The notes below the pieces were generated by a model. The model was not told where the DNA came from, made no database searches, and saw only the letters and a list, made by a program, of their open reading frames with translations. 64,000 nt of DNA from NCBI GenBank assembly GCA_046052125.1, contig JBJOMY010000004.1, forward strand, positions 64,001 to 128,000, in the 5' to 3' direction. Position numbers and translations under genes: made by a program. The DNA comes from Cyanobacteriota bacterium. Lineage in GTDB: Bacteria > Cyanobacteriota > Cyanobacteriia > PCC-6307 > Cyanobiaceae. Positions 21,252 to 32,857 of this stretch are shown here, piece after piece; position 1 is the stretch's first letter, and each line of letters starts with the position of its first letter.

Positions 21252-23483
21252 TTGGCCTCGGAGGAGGTGCGTCAGGCCTGGCGTGCGTTGGCCAAGGCGG
21301 CGCTGCAAGGACCCTGGCGGCAGCGGCCAGCGGCCATCACCCAGGCCTGGCAACCGCTGCGCGCCCATCAGGCCAGCGTGGAGCTCTGGGCCGGCGGCCA
21401 GAAGCTCACCGAGCTGGCGCTCGAACCCCAGCGCTACAGGCTGGGCCGCGATCCTTCCTGCGATTTGCCCCTGGCGGAAGCCGGCTTGAGCCGTGTGCAC
21501 GCCATCCTCGAGAAGCAGCGCCCGAGCGATCGCGAGTTCGCGCTCGAAGATTTCAACTCCGCCAATGGGCTGTTCCACCGTGACCGCCGGATTCGCTGGA
21601 TTCAGCTCCGCGATGGCGATGCGGTGCGACTGGGCTCTCCCCTCAAGGGCGAGGCACCGGAGCTGCGCTATCGCCACCCCCGCAGCCCGCTGGAGCAGGC
21701 GGTGCATCTATTGGGTGTTGCAGCCCTAGCTGGATCCACGCTGTTGGTGAGCGGCATGCTCGTGGCGGCGAGCATCGGCGGCGGTTCGAAGATCCGCTCC
21801 ATCTCGGGCCCGGTGAAGATCTTTTCGGCCGACCGCCGCCAGATCGATGCCAAAGAGGGATCCTCTACGGCTCTTCCCTCGCTGCAGTCGTATCCCCTGC
21901 ATCTGCGCCAGGCGCTGATGGCTTCCGAGGAAGCTCGCTTTGGCTGGAACAGCGGCATCGATCTGTTTGGCACGCTGCGCTCAGCTCTGCTGGGTACAGG
22001 CGGCGGCAGTGGCCTCACTCAACAGGTGGCCCGGATGGTGTATCCGGAGGTGGGTCGAGATCTGAGCCTCACGCGCAAGTTGCGGGAGCTTTGGGTGGCG
22101 CTGCAGCTGGAGGTGGGCTTCAGCAAAAACCGGATCCTCAAGCTTTACCTCGATCGCGCTTACCTCGGCCTGGGCAGTGAGGGGTTTGAGCAGGCCTCGC
22201 AGCTGTATTTCCGCAAATCAGCCAGCGATCTCGATGTGGGTCAGGCGGCGTTTCTCGTGGGCCTGCTGCCCAGTCCCAATGGCTACAGCCCCTGCAATCC
22301 AGAGGATCCCGGCGCCGGCCTGGAACGGCGCAATCTGGTGCTCAAGCTGATGCATGAGCAGGGTTGGCTCAGCGATCAGGCCCTGATCGATGCGCAGCGG
22401 CGCCCACTCAACATCGATCCCTCAGCCTGCCGCGAATCCACCTTCAGCAGCTATCCCTTCTTCAGTGATTACGTGCTGGGGGAGCTCGAAGGCACACGCT
22501 TTGGGCTTGATCTCAGCAGTGCTGATGCCGATGGCAATTACGCCGTGGTCAGCACGATCAACCCCCGCTTGCAGCAGCTGGCGCAGGATCAGCTCAAGCG
22601 CTTTCTCGAAGGGCCAGCCGCTGCAGCCGGGTTGAGCCAGGGAGCCCTGATCACGGTGAACACCGAAACCGGCGACATCGTGGCCTACGTGGGTGGGGGC
22701 GACTACAGCCGCTCCAGCTTTGATCGGGTGCAGGCGCTCCGCCAACCCGGCTCCACGTTCAAGCTCTTCCCCTATCTGGCGGCCTTGGCGGCCGGGGCCT
22801 CACCCGCTGATCCGATCTCCTGTGCGCCGCTGGCCTATGTCGCGGGTTGCCGTCACGGCGGCGGCAGCACCTCCATGGCGGATGGCCTGGCCTTCTCGGA
22901 AAACGTGGTGGCCTTGCGCTTGGCGGAGCGGGCCGGGTTCTCAGCGGTGCTCAAGATGGCGCGTCGCCTCGGCATCTCCACACCGCTGGACGCCGACTAC
23001 AACACCATGCTGGGTGGGCGCGAAACCTATCTCTACGAGCTGGCCCGGGCCTACGCGGTGGTGGCCAACGGCGGCCGTTCCGTGCCGATGCACGGTGTCA
23101 GCCGGATCTACGACCTGGGGATCTGTGGCTCGATCAAAAGCCTGGAGACCTGCCCGGAGCGTGGCGTAACCGTGCCGATTGGCGAGCAGTCGCGCCAGCT
23201 GATCAGCCCAGAGGTGGCGGCCAGCATGGATGAGCTGCTCGCTGGGGTGGTGCAGCGCGGCACAGGCCGTGCCGCAGCCCTGGTGCCCGATGCCCGCGGT
23301 AAGACCGGCACCACCAACAACGGCGTGGATGTGTTGTTTGTGGGCTACTCCCCAGCCAGCAAACTGCTCACGGCGATCTGGATGGGCAACGACGACAACA
23401 CTCCGGCTCAGGCCGCCAGTGGCGCTTTGGTGGCTGATTTGTGGGGGCGTTACATGCAGCAGGCCCCTACAGCAGCTCCTTGA
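21252..23483 (+). CDS. Class A penicillin-binding protein with N-terminal FHA domain (start uncertain: CTG 21213 / TTG 21252 / GTG 21267; frame open from 21093)
   Basis: FHA LGR..SRVHA..SANG; TM; transglycosylase SEEARF, GSGLTQQ, RKLRE; transpeptidase STFK, SEN, KTGT. Confidence 0.93.
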   Translation: MASEEVRQAWRALAKAALQGPWRQRPAAITQAWQPLRAHQASVELWAGGQKLTELALEPQRYRLGRDPSCDLPLAEAGLSRVHAILEKQRPSDREFALEDFNSANGLFHRDRRIRWIQLRDGDAVRLGSPLKGEAPELRYRHPRSPLEQAVHLLGVAALAGSTLLVSGMLVAASIGGGSKIRSISGPVKIFSADRRQIDAKEGSSTALPSLQSYPLHLRQALMASEEARFGWNSGIDLFGTLRSALLGTGGGSGLTQQVARMVYPEVGRDLSLTRKLRELWVALQLEVGFSKNRILKLYLDRAYLGLGSEGFEQASQLYFRKSASDLDVGQAAFLVGLLPSPNGYSPCNPEDPGAGLERRNLVLKLMHEQGWLSDQALIDAQRRPLNIDPSACRESTFSSYPFFSDYVLGELEGTRFGLDLSSADADGNYAVVSTINPRLQQLAQDQLKRFLEGPAAAAGLSQGALITVNTETGDIVAYVGGGDYSRSSFDRVQALRQPGSTFKLFPYLAALAAGASPADPISCAPLAYVAGCRHGGGSTSMADGLAFSENVVALRLAERAGFSAVLKMARRLGISTPLDADYNTMLGGRETYLYELARAYAVVANGGRSVPMHGVSRIYDLGICGSIKSLETCPERGVTVPIGEQSRQLISPEVAASMDELLAGVVQRGTGRAAALVPDARGKTGTTNNGVDVLFVGYSPASKLLTAIWMGNDDNTPAQAASGALVADLWGRYMQQAPTAAP

Positions 23484-24582
23484 TCCTGGTGACCAGGGCC
23501 CAACCCAGTCCGAGCAGCAGACCCCACCCCCAGCAGCTGCTCAGCAGCCGTTGCCACGGGGTGGTTGGCTCCTGCGGATCGAGCCGCGGCAGTTGCCATC
23601 CCAGTTGCAGCGCCCCGTAGACCAGCAGCAGCACCCAGGCTGGGATTTCCAGCCCAACGCTCTCGAAGCTGAACGCACGCCAGTGCAGCAGGCTCAACCC
23701 CGCCGCCAGGGCGATCAAGGCGCTGATCGCTCCCGATGCACCACTCCAGACCCGCAGGACGCCCCAACGACTGGCGCCCAGGGCGGCCAGTCCAAGGCAG
23801 GCCAGGGCTGTGAGGCTGTAGCGCAGGATCACGGCGCCCAGCGGCAGGGGTGAGTTGCCCAGCAGGATGAGCAACAGCGTCAGGTTGAGGCTGGCTTCAA
23901 GCCCATTGCGGTGGATCCAGGCCTGGCTCAGCCATTGCCAGGCCTGGCGCGGCAGGCCGGCTTCATCGCTTGCCAGGGGCCAATGGCGCTTCAGTTGTTT
24001 CAGCGGCCCCAACGCCAGGGCTTGAATCAACCCCAGAACAACCACCAGCACCACCCCACCGCTCCAGCCCCAGGCGTCGAACAGGGCTCGATCCAGCTCG
24101 GTGCCGCTCCAGGCGAACACCAGAGCGCCTGCCGCCGCTAAGGCGATACCAGGTGCGAACAGCTCCAGATCCCTGCGGATGCTCCGGGAGCGCTTGGCTG
24201 CGGCACGAGCAGAAACCGCTTCAGCGGCGCTGGCCGGCTCAGGCTCTGGTTCGGTTGGAGGCTTTGAGGGTTGGGCGCCGCCGCTCTGCCCCGTGGCGGC
24301 TTGCAGCAGATCGAGGAGCTCGTGCAGTACCGCCGGGGAGTAGGTGTTGCTGAGTTGGCTCGTGAGGCTGGCCAAGGCCGATTGCTGCGTGGCTCCCTGG
24401 CTGTGGAGTGCTTGCAGCAGCAGAGGCTGAGCCGCTAGATCGCGGATGGGCCCCCGCAGGCTGTCGTTGGCCCCGAGCGCATCCATTAGCCGGTTGGTGA
24501 GGGCCCGCGATTGACGCAGGCTGCTGGCATCCGCCACCAGCCATTGGCGCACCTGTTCCCCCAGTTCGTGGCCGACGCCCAT
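23467..24582 (-). CDS. Rhomboid-like membrane protein with N-terminal helical domain; probably catalytically inactive
   Basis: WQWLSQAWIH...N, GASGAI motif, several TMs; no His in the expected last catalytic helix. Confidence 0.75.
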   Translation of the reverse strand: MGVGHELGEQVRQWLVADASSLRQSRALTNRLMDALGANDSLRGPIRDLAAQPLLLQALHSQGATQQSALASLTSQLSNTYSPAVLHELLDLLQAATGQSGGAQPSKPPTEPEPEPASAAEAVSARAAAKRSRSIRRDLELFAPGIALAAAGALVFAWSGTELDRALFDAWGWSGGVVLVVVLGLIQALALGPLKQLKRHWPLASDEAGLPRQAWQWLSQAWIHRNGLEASLNLTLLLILLGNSPLPLGAVILRYSLTALACLGLAALGASRWGVLRVWSGASGAISALIALAAGLSLLHWRAFSFESVGLEIPAWVLLLVYGALQLGWQLPRLDPQEPTTPWQRLLSSCWGWGLLLGLGWALVTRIKELL

Positions 24583-24607
24583 TCGTGCCTTCTCGCAGGC
24601 TCACACT

Positions 24608-24634
24608 AAAAAAGCGCCCCACAAGGGGCGCTTT
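24608..24634 (-). terminator. Rho-independent terminator of the beta-epsilon operon
   Basis: AAAAAA-GCGCCCC-ACAA-GGGGCGC on the + strand. Confidence 0.85.
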
Positions 24635-24655
24635 GAATCAGGAATCAGATGTGGT

Positions 24656-25060
24656 TCAGGCCTTGCTGGCTTGCACGCGAGCGCGAGCGCGGGCGAGTTC
24701 CTGCTGAGCCTTGATTTTTTCGGTGCTGGAGGGCTGACCCTCGAACTTGGCGAGAGCAGCGGTTGCGGCATCCAACTCCTTGCTGGCGGCCTCAGCGTTG
24801 ATGCTGCTGCCTAGTTCGGCAGCATTCACCAACACGGTGACTTCATCGGCGTCGACTTCAGCGAAGCCTGCCTGGAGGGCAATGGCTTTCCAGCCGTTGC
24901 CTTCACGCACCCGCAGCACACCGAAATCAAGGGCGGTGAGCAGGGAAACGTGACCGGGAAGGATCCCGAGCTGACCAGTGGTGCTGGGCAGGATCACTTC
25001 GTCGGCGGTGCCGTCGAAAACGCTCTGGTCAGGCGCCAGAACGCGAAGGGTGAGAGACAT
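24656..25060 (-). CDS. atpC: ATP synthase F1 epsilon subunit
   Basis: LPSTTGQLGILPGH, GFAEV, RARARV. Confidence 0.98.
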   Translation of the reverse strand: MSLTLRVLAPDQSVFDGTADEVILPSTTGQLGILPGHVSLLTALDFGVLRVREGNGWKAIALQAGFAEVDADEVTVLVNAAELGSSINAEAASKELDAATAALAKFEGQPSSTEKIKAQQELARARARVQASKA

Positions 25061-25076
25061 CGGTTAAGCCTCCGGA

Positions 25077-26537
<1,461 letters not shown>

Positions 26538-26703
26538 TTATGGGAGAAGTCGCTGGGGACGCAAAGCGGGAGTAGACCCGCTCCGAAGCGGCGCAACCTT
26601 ACCACTGCGTGCCATCCCCCCTGGGCGGTTCGGTTGGGTCACCGCTGCTGTTCGGTCACCCGCCCCCGCCAGCGCTTGAAGCTGCCTGGGTACGCCCAAT
26701 AGC

Positions 26704-26730
26704 TTGGCACTCACGGCAGGCGAGTGCTAA
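26704..26730 (+). promoter_or_regulatory. CIRCE element (HrcA operator)
   Basis: TTGGCACTC-N9-GAGTGCTAA upstream of groES, 1 mismatch to TTAGCACTC-N9-GAGTGCTAA. Confidence 0.95.
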
Positions 26731-26819
26731 CTCCCTCCGCCGGGCGTCTCGACGCCGCGACCCTGGCAGCGTCTCTGGCGCCATGCCAATGGTTTCGCCT
26801 TCTTCATTGCATTCCATCC

Positions 26820-27131
26820 ATGGCTGCTGTTTCTCTCAGCGTTTCCACCGTCAAGCCCCTCGGCGATCGCATCTTCATCAAGGTGTCGGAGTCTGAGGAA
26901 AAAACCGCCGGCGGCATCCTTCTGCCCGACACCGCCAAGGAAAAGCCCCAGGTGGGCGAAGTGGTGCAGGTGGGCCCCGGTAAGCGCAACGACGACGGCT
27001 CCCGTCAGTCCCCCGAAGTGAGCGTGGGCGACAAGGTCCTCTACAGCAAGTACGCCGGCACCGACATCAAGCTCGGCACCGATGAATACGTGCTGCTGTC
27101 CGAGAAGGACATCCTGGCTGTCGTCAACTGA
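26820..27131 (+). CDS. groES: Co-chaperonin GroES
   Basis: [31 protein letters not shown]. Confidence 0.99.
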   Translation: MAAVSLSVSTVKPLGDRIFIKVSESEEKTAGGILLPDTAKEKPQVGEVVQVGPGKRNDDGSRQSPEVSVGDKVLYSKYAGTDIKLGTDEYVLLSEKDILAVVN

Positions 27132-27157
27132 GCTCAGGCTCGCCTTCAGTTCTTTAA

Positions 27158-28816
<1,659 letters not shown>

Positions 28817-28867
28817 TGAGCCCGCGGGGAGGGCAACCTCCCCAAAGTCATCCACGCGATCAACCGG

Positions 28868-28890
28868 GAGGGCGCAAGCCCTCTTTTTTT
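28868..28890 (+). terminator. Rho-independent terminator of groESL
   Basis: GAGGGC-GCAA-GCCCTC plus T7; preceded by a second hairpin GGGGAGG-GCAA-CCTCCCC. Confidence 0.88.
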
Positions 28891-28970
28891 GTTGCCGGTT
28901 TTTGTTGCCAGAGGCTTGCCGAGCAGGCCTGTGCCGACTGTTACGGATGACACTGAAAGCGGCCGGGACG

Positions 28971-28984
28971 GTAACTGTTGATAC
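28971..28984 (+). promoter_or_regulatory. NtcA binding site
   Basis: GTA-ACTGTTGA-TAC, exact GTA-N8-TAC, about 50 nt upstream of an ammonium transporter start. Confidence 0.8.
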
Positions 28985-29033
28985 CAAGCAGGGGGCTGCT
29001 TGGACGGCAGGGTCGCTGCCAACTGATGAGGCA

Positions 29034-30302
29034 ATGGTGCTTCTGTTTGCTGCCGATCCGGCATTGCACAGCGCCAATAACGGCTTTGTGCTGATGAGTG
29101 CGGCGCTGGTGTTGATGATGACGCCGGCCTTGGCGCTTTTCTACGCCGGCTTTGTGCGCAGCCGCAATGTGCTCAACACCATGGTGATGAGCTTCGCTGC
29201 CATGGGGCTAGTGAGCGTGCTCTGGGTGCTGTTCGGCTACAGCCTGGCGTTCTCCCCCGGCCAGGGCGCTTTGGCTCCGTTCATCGGTGGCTTGCAGTGG
29301 GCGGGGTTGAGCAATTGGTCGGCCCCCTACGGCGATGGCCAGCTCAGCCATGGCGCCGTGGCCTTCTTCCAGCTCACCTTCGCGATCATCACGCCTGCAC
29401 TGATCTCAGGGGCCGTGGTGGAGCGCATGAATTTCCGCGCTTGGCTGGCGTTCGTGATTCTTTGGAGCACCTTCATTTATCTGCCTCTGGCCCACATGGT
29501 GTGGGGGCCTGGCGGTTTCCTTGGGCCTGAGGGCCTTGGTGCCCTCGACTTCGCCGGTGGCCTGGTGGTGGAGATGGCTTCGGGTGTGGGTGCAGCCGTG
29601 ACGGCTGCGGTGGTGGGCAGCCGCCGCAACTACCCCGCCCACAACTCACCGCCGCACAACGTGCCCTTCATCCTGCTCGGGGCTGGCTTGCTGTGGTTCG
29701 GCTGGTTTGGCTTCAACGGTGGCAGTGGCCTGGTGGCGGGTAATCTCGCCTCGCTGGCCTGCCTCACCACCAACTCTGCCGGCGCGGCTGCAGCCCTGGG
29801 CTGGATGGTGATCGAAACCCTGCAGCGCGGCAAGCCCACGGCCGTGGGTGTCGCCACCGGTGCTGTGGCTGGCCTGGTAGCGATCACGCCGGCGGCAGGG
29901 TTTGTGAGCCCGATCGGCGCCTTGGTGATCGGTTTCGCCGCTGCGGTGGTCTGCAACTGGGCCCTGCAGCTCAAGAACCGCTCCAAACTCGATGACAGCC
30001 TCGACGTGCTGCCTGTGCACGGGGTGGCTGGCCTGCTCGGCATCCTGCTCACTGGCCTGTTCGCCCTGAAGGCGGTGAACCCCGCGGGTGCCGATGGTCT
30101 GCTGGCCGGCAACGCCGCTCAGTTTTGGATTCAGCTCAAGGCTGCTGGTTTCACCGCACTCTGGGTGGGGGTGGGCACCTTCGTGATCCTGCAGGTGCTG
30201 CGCATGCTGATGCCCTTGCGGGCCAGCGAAAACGACGAGCGCCAGGGGCTCGACATCAACGCCCACGGTGAGGAGGCTTACAACACCGAGTTCACGGGGT
30301 AG
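29034..30302 (+). CDS. amt: Ammonium transporter (Amt/AmtB family)
   Basis: MTPALALFYAG, FQLTFAIIT, LDFAGG, WFGWFGFNGGS, DDSLDV..VHG, GLDINAHGE. Confidence 0.96.
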   Translation: MVLLFAADPALHSANNGFVLMSAALVLMMTPALALFYAGFVRSRNVLNTMVMSFAAMGLVSVLWVLFGYSLAFSPGQGALAPFIGGLQWAGLSNWSAPYGDGQLSHGAVAFFQLTFAIITPALISGAVVERMNFRAWLAFVILWSTFIYLPLAHMVWGPGGFLGPEGLGALDFAGGLVVEMASGVGAAVTAAVVGSRRNYPAHNSPPHNVPFILLGAGLLWFGWFGFNGGSGLVAGNLASLACLTTNSAGAAAALGWMVIETLQRGKPTAVGVATGAVAGLVAITPAAGFVSPIGALVIGFAAAVVCNWALQLKNRSKLDDSLDVLPVHGVAGLLGILLTGLFALKAVNPAGADGLLAGNAAQFWIQLKAAGFTALWVGVGTFVILQVLRMLMPLRASENDERQGLDINAHGEEAYNTEFTG

Positions 30303-30303
30303 C

Positions 30304-30792
30304 TCAGGCCTGAGGCTTGAAGGTGAGGGCCACGCCGTTGTTGCAATAGCGCTTGCCGGTGGGTTTGGGGCCGTCGTTAAACACGTGCCCCTGATGTCCG
30401 CCGCAGCGCCGGCAGTGGTATTCCGTGCGCGGCACGATCAGCTTGAAATCCACTTGGGTGGCAATCGCTTTGGGCAACGGTTGCCAGAAGCTGGGCCAGC
30501 CGGTGCCGCTCTCGTATTTCGCCTTGGAGCTGAACAGCGGGAGATCGCAGCCGGCGCAATGGAAGGTGCCAGCCCGCTTTTCATTGTTCAGCGGGCTGCT
30601 GAAGGGCCGCTCGGTGCCTTCCTTGCGCAGCACCTGATACGCGGCGGGGCTCAGCAGTTGCTTCCACTGGGCATCAGTGAGCTGCCATTGGGGATCTGCG
30701 GCGGCGGCTGCCGCTTCGGCGGCCCGAGGCATGAGCAGCGGGCTCAGCAGGGCCGCCATCTGGGCCAGAAGCGTGCGGCGAGGCATGGTCAA
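30304..30792 (-). CDS. msrB: Peptide-methionine (R)-S-oxide reductase with Tat-like signal
   Basis: GTERPF, SGTGWPSF, GHVFNDGP, RYCNN; two CxxC; N-terminal RRTLL. Confidence 0.95.
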   Translation of the reverse strand: MTMPRRTLLAQMAALLSPLLMPRAAEAAAAAADPQWQLTDAQWKQLLSPAAYQVLRKEGTERPFSSPLNNEKRAGTFHCAGCDLPLFSSKAKYESGTGWPSFWQPLPKAIATQVDFKLIVPRTEYHCRRCGGHQGHVFNDGPKPTGKRYCNNGVALTFKPQA

Positions 30793-30805
30793 GGAGTGCT
30801 CCGGA

Positions 30806-31039
30806 TCAGAGCTTGAACCAGCCGGCGCTCAACGCCGTGGCCAGGCCGAGGAAGATCGCGAGCAGGGTCCAGCTGATGCGGTTGAGAGTGGCTTCAGCAC
30901 TGCGGGCACTGCTGAACATTGAGCTGCCGCTGGAGGCCAGGCCGCCCATGCCATCGCCCTTGGGGCTGTGGAGCAGCACGCTGATCATCAGCAGCACGCC
31001 GCTGACCAGCCAGATCCAGGTGAAAACAGTTTGGAGCAT
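30806..31039 (-). CDS. secG: Preprotein translocase SecG
   Basis: VLLHSPKGDGMGG, SAEATLNR. Confidence 0.96.
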   Translation of the reverse strand: MLQTVFTWIWLVSGVLLMISVLLHSPKGDGMGGLASSGSSMFSSARSAEATLNRISWTLLAIFLGLATALSAGWFKL

Positions 31040-31061
31040 GGCTTAAGGCTAGTGGCAGGGC

Positions 31062-32717
31062 TCAGACGCCAAGGGTCTGAGGAATGCGGCTGGGCACGGC
31101 AGGACTCCCCACCGGCAGGATCAGCGAGGTGCCTGTCATGCGAGCCGGTTGGGGCAGCCCCAGGATCTCCAGCAGCGTGGGGGCCACATCCGCCAGGCCG
31201 CCGCCGCTCCGCAGTTCAACAGCGTTGCCATGGCCCGGAAGCTTGCGCTGTTCCCCTTCCACGAGGATCACGGGCACGGGGTTGGTGGTGTGAGCCGTCC
31301 AGGGGCGCCCGTCGGGGCCCTCCATCAATTCGGCATTGCCGTGATCGGCGGTCACCAGCAACGTGCCGCCCATGCGGTTGGTGGCCTCCAGCAGGCGACC
31401 GACGCTCTGATCCACGGTGGCAATGGCCTCAACGGTGGCGCCCATCTCACCGGTGTGCCCCACCATGTCGGGGTTGGCGTAATTGATCACCACCAGGGAA
31501 TAGATGCCTTTGTTGATCGCGGCGATGCAGTGATCCGTGAGCACTTCGGCCGACATGGCCGGCGCCTGGTCGTAGGTGGCCACCCTGGGGGAGGGCACCA
31601 AATGACGGTCTTCGCCTGGGTAAGGCTGCTCGATGCCACCGTTCATGAAATAGGTGACATGGGGATATTTTTCAGTTTCAGCGGTGCGGAACTGCCGCAA
31701 GCCGGCTTCTGACACCACCTGCCCGAGCAGGCCATCCAGCGATTCCGGTGGGAAGGCCACGGCCACGGGAAGGCCGGCTTCGTATTGGGTGAAGGTGACC
31801 ACCGAGAGGTCGTTGATCAGATCCCGATCGAAATCAGCGAACTCCGGCAGCACCAACGCGCGGATCAACTGCCGCACCCGATCGGGCCGGAAGTTGAAAC
31901 AGATCAAGCCGTCGCCGGCCTGAATGCTGCCCTTCTCCAGCCGGGTGGGTTCGAGGAATTCATCGCTGGTCCCAGCGGCGTAGGCGCTCTCCAGGATTTG
32001 CTGAGGAGTGGCCGTTTCGAGCGGGCCCTCCTCGCAGAGCAGCCGATAGGCCTTTTCGGTGCGGTCCCAGCGGTTGTCACGATCCATGGCCCAGTAGCGG
32101 CCGCAGATCGTGCTGATCCGGCCCACGCCAGCGGAGTCGATCTGCTCCTGAATGGTGAGCAGAAAACCGGGTGCGCTCTCGGTGGGTGTGTCGCGCCCGT
32201 CGGTGATCACGTGGACGCATACGTCCTTGAGGCCGCGGCTTGCCGCCCACTGGAGCAGCCCGCCCAAGTGGGTGATGTGGCTGTGCACTCCGCCGTCGGA
32301 GCAGAGGCCGATCAGGTGGAGGGTTTTGCCGTTGGCCACCAGATGGTCGGCCAGGGCGTTGATTTCGGGGTTGTCGTTGAGGCTGCCGTCGCGCACCGCC
32401 TGGCTGATCCGCACGAGCTCCTGGCGGATGACCCGGCCAGCACCGATGGTGAGGTGCCCCACTTCCGAATTGCCCATTTGATCGTCGGGCAGGCCCACAT
32501 CGGCGCCGCTCGCTTCAATCAGGGTGTGGGGATAGGCATGCCACAGGGCATCCATCACCGGTGTTTTGGCGGCCCGAATGGCGTTGTGGGCATCCTCGTG
32601 GCGATAGCCCCAGCCATCGAGGATGCAGAGAACAACGGGAGCGACTGAGCCTCTCTGGGCGCCGGGACCCGAGGAACCTGAAGGCTTGCCGTGCTCGGTC
32701 GACGGTACAGCTGTCAC
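31062..32717 (-). CDS. gpmI: 2,3-bisphosphoglycerate-independent phosphoglycerate mutase (start uncertain)
   Basis: [39 protein letters not shown]. Confidence 0.97.
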   Translation of the reverse strand: MTAVPSTEHGKPSGSSGPGAQRGSVAPVVLCILDGWGYRHEDAHNAIRAAKTPVMDALWHAYPHTLIEASGADVGLPDDQMGNSEVGHLTIGAGRVIRQELVRISQAVRDGSLNDNPEINALADHLVANGKTLHLIGLCSDGGVHSHITHLGGLLQWAASRGLKDVCVHVITDGRDTPTESAPGFLLTIQEQIDSAGVGRISTICGRYWAMDRDNRWDRTEKAYRLLCEEGPLETATPQQILESAYAAGTSDEFLEPTRLEKGSIQAGDGLICFNFRPDRVRQLIRALVLPEFADFDRDLINDLSVVTFTQYEAGLPVAVAFPPESLDGLLGQVVSEAGLRQFRTAETEKYPHVTYFMNGGIEQPYPGEDRHLVPSPRVATYDQAPAMSAEVLTDHCIAAINKGIYSLVVINYANPDMVGHTGEMGATVEAIATVDQSVGRLLEATNRMGGTLLVTADHGNAELMEGPDGRPWTAHTTNPVPVILVEGEQRKLPGHGNAVELRSGGGLADVAPTLLEILGLPQPARMTGTSLILPVGSPAVPSRIPQTLGV

Positions 32718-32857
32718 CCGGTAAACCCTGCCTCTCCGCAACACCTGCTCGGTCCAACCTACCCTGCGCCCCGGGCTGATCCAGCCTTGATCCCGAGTGC
32801 GTCAGCTTTTGGCTACACCGGCTGATCCCGGTACGATCACCGCCCGCCAGCTGTCGT

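Noticed and set aside
28902..29033. Longer amt start, or a glutamine riboswitch upstream of amt
   Set aside because: The extension runs through the NtcA site and promoter; no glnA-motif-like sequence recognised
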